DNA of 64,000 bases, from NCBI GenBank assembly GCA_963708075.1, contig OY970194.1, positions 96,001-160,000 of the forward strand. The letters run 5' to 3'. Under the pieces are notes generated by a model, which ran no database searches, had not been told where the DNA came from, and saw only the letters and a program-made list of their open reading frames with translations. Origin of the DNA: Sedimentisphaerales bacterium (lineage in GTDB: Bacteria > Planctomycetota > Phycisphaerae > Sedimentisphaerales > Anaerobacaceae). The first letter of the stretch is position 1, and each line of letters starts with the position of its first letter. The position numbers and the translations under genes were made by a program. Of the stretch, positions 58,239-64,000 are shown in pieces.

Positions 58239-60004
58239 ATGGCAGCAAGGCATCATAATTTTATACGGTTTCTGGGGTACGTTCGGCCGTATGTGAAGTA
58301 CCTGGCTCTGGCGGTTGCGGGCGGGATCGCGAAGTTCACCGTCCCGCTGCTGGTGCCCCAGGTCACCCGGCATCTGTTGGACAATGTCTTTCTCGACGCG
58401 GACTTGACGCGCAGCCAGAAGCTGCACGAGCTGCTGCTCTACGTCGGCGGCATGATGGCCGTCTTTATCTTCATCTACGCGCCATTCGTCTACATCCGGC
58501 ATCTCTACTCGGACAAGGCGGGCCACCGGGCGGTCTTCCAAATGCGATGCGATCTCTACTACCGCATCCTGCGCATGAGCGCCTCGTTTTTCCAGCGGAA
58601 CAAGACCGGGGCGATCCTGACCCGCCTGATCAGCGACGTTCAGCTCGCGCAGAATCTCATCGGCACCGCCCTGACCAACATCTGGATGGATGCCATAGCG
58701 GTCGTTGTCGTGCTGTATTTCCTGTTGAAGATCGACATCCTGACGACCATGGTGGCTCTGGCGACGTTTCCCCTGTACCTGTTCTGTTTCCGGCGGTTCA
58801 GCACCGAGATTCGGGCGACGACCCGCCAGGTCCAGGACGAGCTGTCGGCGATGAGCAGCAGCGCCCAGGAGCGAATCTCCGGAAGCATCATCATTCGTGC
58901 GTTCGCCCAGGAGCAGACGGAGGAAAAGCGATTCGAGATCGACTCGGAGCGGCTGTTCTCGACGAACATGCGGCGAATCCTCATCCAGAGCCTCAACCAG
59001 GCCATCACCGGCACCCTGACGGGTATCGCGCCGCTGATCGTCATCTGCTTCGGCGGCTACCGCGTGATCGGTGGGGACATGACGGTCGGCGAGCTGATCG
59101 CCGTGACGATGTACCTCTCGCCGCTCTACCTGCCGCTGCAGAGGTTCTCCGAGCTGAACGTGGTCTACGCCAACGCGATGGCGGCGCTGGATCGCATCTA
59201 CGAGATCATGGACGAAAAACCCGAGATCGTCAGCGCCCCGGCGCGATTGACCTGCCCCAGATTCGCGGCGACGTGGAGTTTGACGGCGTCAGCTTCGCAT
59301 ACGACCCGAGCTGCCCGGTCCTGCACGGGGTGACATTCCGCGTCGAGCCGGGCGAGCGCGTGGCCCTCGTTGGGCCGAGCGGGTCGGGCAAGACTACCAT
59401 CGTCAGCCTGATCCCTCGTTTCTATGACGTCCGCGCCGGCCACGTTCGCATCGATGGTCACGATGTGCGCGACATCCGAATCGAGTCGCTTCGCCGGCAT
59501 ATCAGCATGGTGTTGCAGGACCCGATCCTCTTCAGCGGCACGATCCGCGAGAGCATTCTCTATGGCCGTCCGTCCGCCACGGACGCCGAGGTTCTGGATG
59601 CCGCCCGGGCGGCCAACGCCCTGGAGTTCATCACGGCCCTGCCCAACGGCTTCGATACGGAAGTGGGGGAGCGGGGCAGTGCCCTCTCCGGCGGCCAGCG
59701 CCAGCGAATCACCATCGCCCGCGCGTTCCTGAAGGATCCGAAGATCCTGATTCTGGATGAAGCGACGGCCAATCTCGACCCGGAGTCCGAGTACCTGATT
59801 CAAGGCGCCATGAAACGCCTGATCCTCGGCCGCACCACGTTCATCATCGCCCACCGGCTCTCCACCATCATCAACGCCGACCGAATCCTGGTCCTCTGCG
59901 CCGGCAAAGTCATCGAGTCCGGCACGCACCACCAGCTTATAGCCAATGGCGGCCTCTACCGCGACTTCCACAAAAAACAATTCGCCTCCGCCGAAATCAA
60001 CTGA
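58239..60004 (+). CDS. ABC exporter permease/ATPase (MsbA/Sav1866-like), frameshift in C4 at 59236-59239
   Basis: TM domain, then GPSGSGKT, LSGGQRQR, ILDEAT, IAHRLST in the second frame. Confidence 0.92.
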
Positions 60005-60030
60005 GGCGAGTCCGGATTGGATTGCGCGGC

Positions 60031-60558
60031 TCAGCCGCCCTCGGGTTCCGGACCAGGGTCAGATTGCCAGTCGATGGCATGACGCTGGTCACGCGATAGC
60101 TGAAGAAGCCAGGCGAGTGCACGGGTGACCTTCGCGCCAGTCATGTCGGCATCCGTGAAAGCGCATTTGTGGAAGGTAGCTCGACGAAGGTCTGCACCGC
60201 GCAGGATAGCCCCGCGGAAGATGACATGCTTGAATATGGAGGCACGCAAGTCCGCACGGGAGAGGTCGGCGGTGCTGAAGTCCACGTCGATGAAGTCGTT
60301 CCAGTTGGCGGCGGACTCTGAGAGATCGGTACCGCGGAATGAAACGCTGCGGATTTCCGATCGTCCGAAGAAGGCGCGTGGTAGAGTAAGCCCCCCGAGG
60401 TCAGCGTCGGCAAGTCGCATGCGAAAGAAGCTGACGCCAAGCTGCTCATCGTCAAAGCGAGGCGACCTCGCGGGCAACGACGGAACGTCGCCGACATCCA
60501 GAAGACCGTGGCTCTGGAGTAACCTGCAGGACTCAACGTATGACCTTCGGTCAAGCAT
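60031..60558 (-). CDS. Pentapeptide repeat protein
   Basis: ADLSR ADLRA, AILRG ADLRR, ADMTG repeats. Confidence 0.88.
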   Translation of the reverse strand: MLDRRSYVESCRLLQSHGLLDVGDVPSLPARSPRFDDEQLGVSFFRMRLADADLGGLTLPRAFFGRSEIRSVSFRGTDLSESAANWNDFIDVDFSTADLSRADLRASIFKHVIFRGAILRGADLRRATFHKCAFTDADMTGAKVTRALAWLLQLSRDQRHAIDWQSDPGPEPEGG

Positions 60559-60575
60559 ACATTAATCGCGGTCTA

Positions 60576-62168
60576 TCATTCGGTCGCCGTTTCGGCGGGG
60601 AGTTTCAGGCGGGGGTCGGAGAGGTCCAGGCGGTACATGATCTGGTTGTACTCGTAGTAGGGGGTCGGGTGCGGATTGCCGCTGAAGGTGTTGACGTAGG
60701 AGCCTTCGATGTAGATGATCCGGCCGCCCTCGCGGTCGAAGAAGGGGTGCTGCGTCGGGTTGTAGAAATCGTGGGCGTCGCCCTCCTTGTTCGCGTGCGT
60801 GATGATCTTCCTTGCGTGCACCCAGGGGCCCTCGGGCCGGTCGGCCTCGCTGTACCACACCTCGCCGAGCATCGTCGCGCCCATGGCCTCCGACGCGATC
60901 ATGATGTACTTCTTGCGGTAGTCGTTCCAGAAGCAGGAGCAGTTGTTCAGCAGGACCGGCTTGCCGCCCTCGGCGTCCTGCAGGCGAAAGGGCGATTCCT
61001 CTCGCTTCATCTTTCCGGCGGCGACGAGGTCCCCCTGATCCTTGGGATTGAGCGGTGGCGTGTCCCTCTTCCATCCCCAGATGAGCTTGCCGTCATTGTT
61101 GCGGTCAAGTTGGACGTCGTCCTTGCTGCCATAGCGGGTGCCGGGCTTGAGACAGGTGTAGCCCTCATAGGTGGAGAGGTCCGAGTACGACCTCCAATCC
61201 GCCCGGATGCGCAGCGCGGGGTACGGTGTGGTGAAATAGACGTACTCGGCCCCATCGGCGTGCTTAACGCGGAATGGGTAGCCCGTGGGATAGAGCGGCG
61301 GGTCAAGGGGGACGTTGTTGAGCTTCTCGAACACGTCCTTCTCATCGTTGTAGACGACAAAGCCGTTCTCCAGTACGGCGCCCAGTCCGCGTCGGCGCTG
61401 GAAGTAGGCGATCATCCGCTCCCGGCCGGACTCGTCGGGCAGGACGCCTACGCCAAAGAGCCAGACCACGCCCTCACCTCCGATTGGGGACATTGATCGG
61501 GCAAAGCCGTCCTTGCCGACGAAGTACTTCAGGTTAAACCCGACCGATGGGTCGATCTTATCCGGCAGTTCCGTCGTAGCTCCTGTCATGGAGAAGTTGC
61601 CGAGCGCGTAGGCCAGCCTGCCGGTGTCGCCGTAGAACCAGTAGAGCTTGCCGCGGTAGATGGCGTTCAGGATGCCGTCCTGTCCCGTCACCTCCGCGTT
61701 GAGCAGCGGCTCGGCGATTGGCGACTTGCGGCCGAGCAGCACGGTGTCACGGTAGATCCCCTGGCCGGTAATGCGGTAGATCCGCTCGGCGATATTGATG
61801 CGCTTGATCTTGAGTTGGGCACTGCCGCCGGATTTGGTCTCCAGGACGATGCCGCGGATGCCGAAGCCGTCCTTCTGGAACTCGTAGCCGTGGGCCGAGA
61901 CACCGAAGAAGACCCTCCTATCCATCAGCCCCGGCTCGTAGAACGCGACCAGGCCGCTGGAATCCGTGTAGTATCTCACCGTATTGGTGGTCTGAAGCTC
62001 GACCATCGGCACGCCGCGTCCCGTCTGCTCGTCGATGACTTCGATGGCGAGATACTGCCCAGCCTGTGACGTCATGGATCCGCCCCAACACACCCCCACG
62101 CCCAACCCCAGCGCGAGTACAATGAACATCTGACAGGCGATCACGCGGACAGTTTCAGGACTACGCAT
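60576..62168 (-). CDS. Secreted hypothetical protein: prealbumin-like N-domain plus probable beta-propeller (DUF4185-like)
   Basis: Signal peptide, VIDEQTGRGVP, GQDG, LYWFYGDT, EGPW, FYNP. Confidence 0.7.
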   Translation of the reverse strand: MRSPETVRVIACQMFIVLALGLGVGVCWGGSMTSQAGQYLAIEVIDEQTGRGVPMVELQTTNTVRYYTDSSGLVAFYEPGLMDRRVFFGVSAHGYEFQKDGFGIRGIVLETKSGGSAQLKIKRINIAERIYRITGQGIYRDTVLLGRKSPIAEPLLNAEVTGQDGILNAIYRGKLYWFYGDTGRLAYALGNFSMTGATTELPDKIDPSVGFNLKYFVGKDGFARSMSPIGGEGVVWLFGVGVLPDESGRERMIAYFQRRRGLGAVLENGFVVYNDEKDVFEKLNNVPLDPPLYPTGYPFRVKHADGAEYVYFTTPYPALRIRADWRSYSDLSTYEGYTCLKPGTRYGSKDDVQLDRNNDGKLIWGWKRDTPPLNPKDQGDLVAAGKMKREESPFRLQDAEGGKPVLLNNCSCFWNDYRKKYIMIASEAMGATMLGEVWYSEADRPEGPWVHARKIITHANKEGDAHDFYNPTQHPFFDREGGRIIYIEGSYVNTFSGNPHPTPYYEYNQIMYRLDLSDPRLKLPAETATE

Positions 62169-62232
62169 CTTACACAGCTCCTACCATGCATGTTCTGTAG
62201 CCAAATGCGTTCTCAATAGATAGACATGGACA

Positions 62233-62676
62233 TCATAGCATGCCCATGTCCCTTGCCATCTTCTTGCTTACCACCAGTCCATTTGGGAACTGAAGGAAGG
62301 TGAAGGAATCGGAAATCTCCGGGCTGCACAGGCCCTCTTGTCCCATTCTGATCCGACACGCATGCTCTATTTGCGCGGCTTTGGACGCAACGGTCGATTT
62401 CTTAGTGCTGAAGAAGCCGCAGATCACGTCGGGCGGCAGGTAGTGCGCATTGCTTTGGTCAAAGAGAAAATTCAGCCTGGCGATTACATAGATCACCGCA
62501 CTGGCCCAGACTTCCTTCTTCCCGCCGGTGATTACGAAGTTACGTTTTCTGCCGATCTGCTCCCAGAGTTCTATGACATAGCCGGCCAATTCCGGCGTCA
62601 GATGTTCCTGCGAGAACGCCTCCAGAAGCGTTTGGACTTCCTTGATTCGTGCGATCTTCTTCGGGTCGGATGCCAT
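62233..62676 (-). CDS. DUF6398-like helical protein
   Basis: WASAVIYVIARLNFLFD, ICGFF..KSTV..KA..I; GGAGG RBS. Confidence 0.75.
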   Translation of the reverse strand: MASDPKKIARIKEVQTLLEAFSQEHLTPELAGYVIELWEQIGRKRNFVITGGKKEVWASAVIYVIARLNFLFDQSNAHYLPPDVICGFFSTKKSTVASKAAQIEHACRIRMGQEGLCSPEISDSFTFLQFPNGLVVSKKMARDMGML

Positions 62677-63007
62677 TTGGACTTATCCTCCATTCCCAAC
62701 AGGCGTATCTTCTTGCCGACAGCGGGAATGGTAGCACGACATACCAGCCAATGCAATGGGCTTGCTGCAGGCGATCCGATCTGGTCGGTGTGGCTGGGGG
62801 AGGTTTAGCGTCTTGTGGTCGAGTCTGTGCCCCCGACGTCCTCGTGTGTTGGCCTGCTTGAACTGGACCAGGGCCGGCATTGGACCCAAAAGCAGTATAA
62901 TCCTCATTGCGGACTATACCTGCCGGCAGCACACTCTGTGCAATCGATAGGGCTCAAACAGACCGTGGGGCCGAATGGTTCACGGGACGACCTTTGGAGG
63001 GTTGCAC

Positions 63008-64000
63008 ATGGAACGCAAAGGCACAGTCCCCTATGTCTCCGTGGTTGTACCCACACTCAACGAGGTGGACAATATCGATTCCCTCCTCCGTCGGCTCCTG
63101 CAGGCCTTTCGGGATTGCGAGCTGGATGTCGAGGTCCTTTTCGCCGACGGCGGTTCCACCGATGGGACAGTCGAGAGAGTGCAGGCGTGGGCGCCGCTGG
63201 CGCCGGTGCACCTGGTGCATGCGGCAAGCGGGCGAGGGTTGACCGGGGACGTGCTGGTCGCGGTCCGCCGGGCAAAGGCCGATGTCGTTGTCGTAATGGA
63301 CGCCGATCTGAGCCATAGCCCGGATGCCGCTCCGATTTTGGCTCAGCCGGTGCTCGACGGGAGCCGCGACATGGTGATCGGCAGCCGGTATATTCCCGGC
63401 GGGCAGACTCCGAATTGGCCGTGGACGCGCCGCGCGGTCTCGCGTACAGCCGCCTCGCTGGTCTGGCCACTGACTGATGTACACGATCCAACCTCCGGCT
63501 TCTTCGCGGTCCGTCGGGATAGGCTCCTCGATATCAGCGACGATGCCGATGGTTTCAAAATCGGTCTGGAAGTGCTCCTGCAGAATGGCGAAAACCTTCG
63601 GGTGATGGAAGTCCCTATCTCCTTTGGCGACCGCATGCGTGGACAATCCAAGATGAACGCCCGGGAGGTTGCCTGTTACCTGCGAAGATCTGTCGCACTG
63701 GCCGGCGGGGTTGTAAGTGGCACGACAGCGGGGCGCTTTGCGTTGGCCGGACTAGTCGCCCTGATCGTGGATATCAGTGCGTTTCAGATGCTCTGGGGAG
63801 GCGGACTCGATCTGCGGGTGTCGCACGTTCTGAGCTTCCTGCTCGCGACGACCATCAACTATGTTCTGAACCGCCACTGGGTGTTCGCAGGCTTTGTGGA
63901 TGAGCGTCACGGCTGGGCAACGTGGATCCGCTTCGTCGCAGTGGGTCTGATGGCGCTCTTTCTGCGCGGCGGCGTGCTGGCAACGTTGACCTATCATGCC
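63008..64000 (+). CDS. GT2 polyprenol-phosphate glycosyltransferase fused to a GtrA-like domain (partial, runs off the right edge)
   Basis: Hand translation: VSVVVPTLNE, DGGSTDGT, MDADLSH, IGSRY, DPTSGFF, GFKIGLE, R..GQSKM, then RFALAG..NYVLNRHWVF. Confidence 0.88.
   Translation, partial: MERKGTVPYVSVVVPTLNEVDNIDSLLRRLLQAFRDCELDVEVLFADGGSTDGTVERVQAWAPLAPVHLVHAASGRGLTGDVLVAVRRAKADVVVVMDADLSHSPDAAPILAQPVLDGSRDMVIGSRYIPGGQTPNWPWTRRAVSRTAASLVWPLTDVHDPTSGFFAVRRDRLLDISDDADGFKIGLEVLLQNGENLRVMEVPISFGDRMRGQSKMNAREVACYLRRSVALAGGVVSGTTAGRFALAGLVALIVDISAFQMLWGGGLDLRVSHVLSFLLATTINYVLNRHWVFAGFVDERHGWATWIRFVAVGLMALFLRGGVLATLTYHA

Noticed and set aside
58239..60004. Naming the ABC exporter msbA because of nearby lpxB
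   Set aside because: The family is too broad to assign by eye, and a DMT gene separates it from lpxB
62677..63007. ncRNA or small ORFs in the 330-bp divergent gap
   Set aside because: Only promoter-like TATAAT and RBS elements seen; no convincing structure or coding signal

Overview
GC-rich, gene-dense bacterial chromosome segment. Gene content (prepilin/H-X9-DG proteins, many Tat-exported Gfo/Idh/MocA oxidoreductases, a giant M56 protein, lpxB) suggests a planctomycete, probably Phycisphaerae/Sedimentisphaerales (inference). About 1-42 kb is mostly secreted carbohydrate catabolism: GH116, two DUF2961/GH172 proteins (one apparently fused to a helical domain), GH120-like, GH106, heparinase II-like lyase, a ThuA-ThuA-phosphoesterase fusion and three Gfo/Idh/MocA paralogs. 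44-50 kb is a BlaI / M56-thioredoxin / ECF sigma module. 50.6-55.8 kb is a partly decayed arsenic-resistance island (arsM-CMD fusion, arsR'/'arsC deletion junction, ccdA remnant, arsP operon) next to hicBA. The rest is lpxB, transporters and a GT2-GtrA protein. Seven genes carry small frameshifts, most likely long-read consensus errors. Intergenic DNA holds several families of REP-like palindromes and 7/9-mer arrays; two palindromes sit in frame inside genes and two repeats supply stop codons. I saw no rRNA, tRNA, CRISPR array or transposase. All family calls come from motif recognition by eye, not from database searches.
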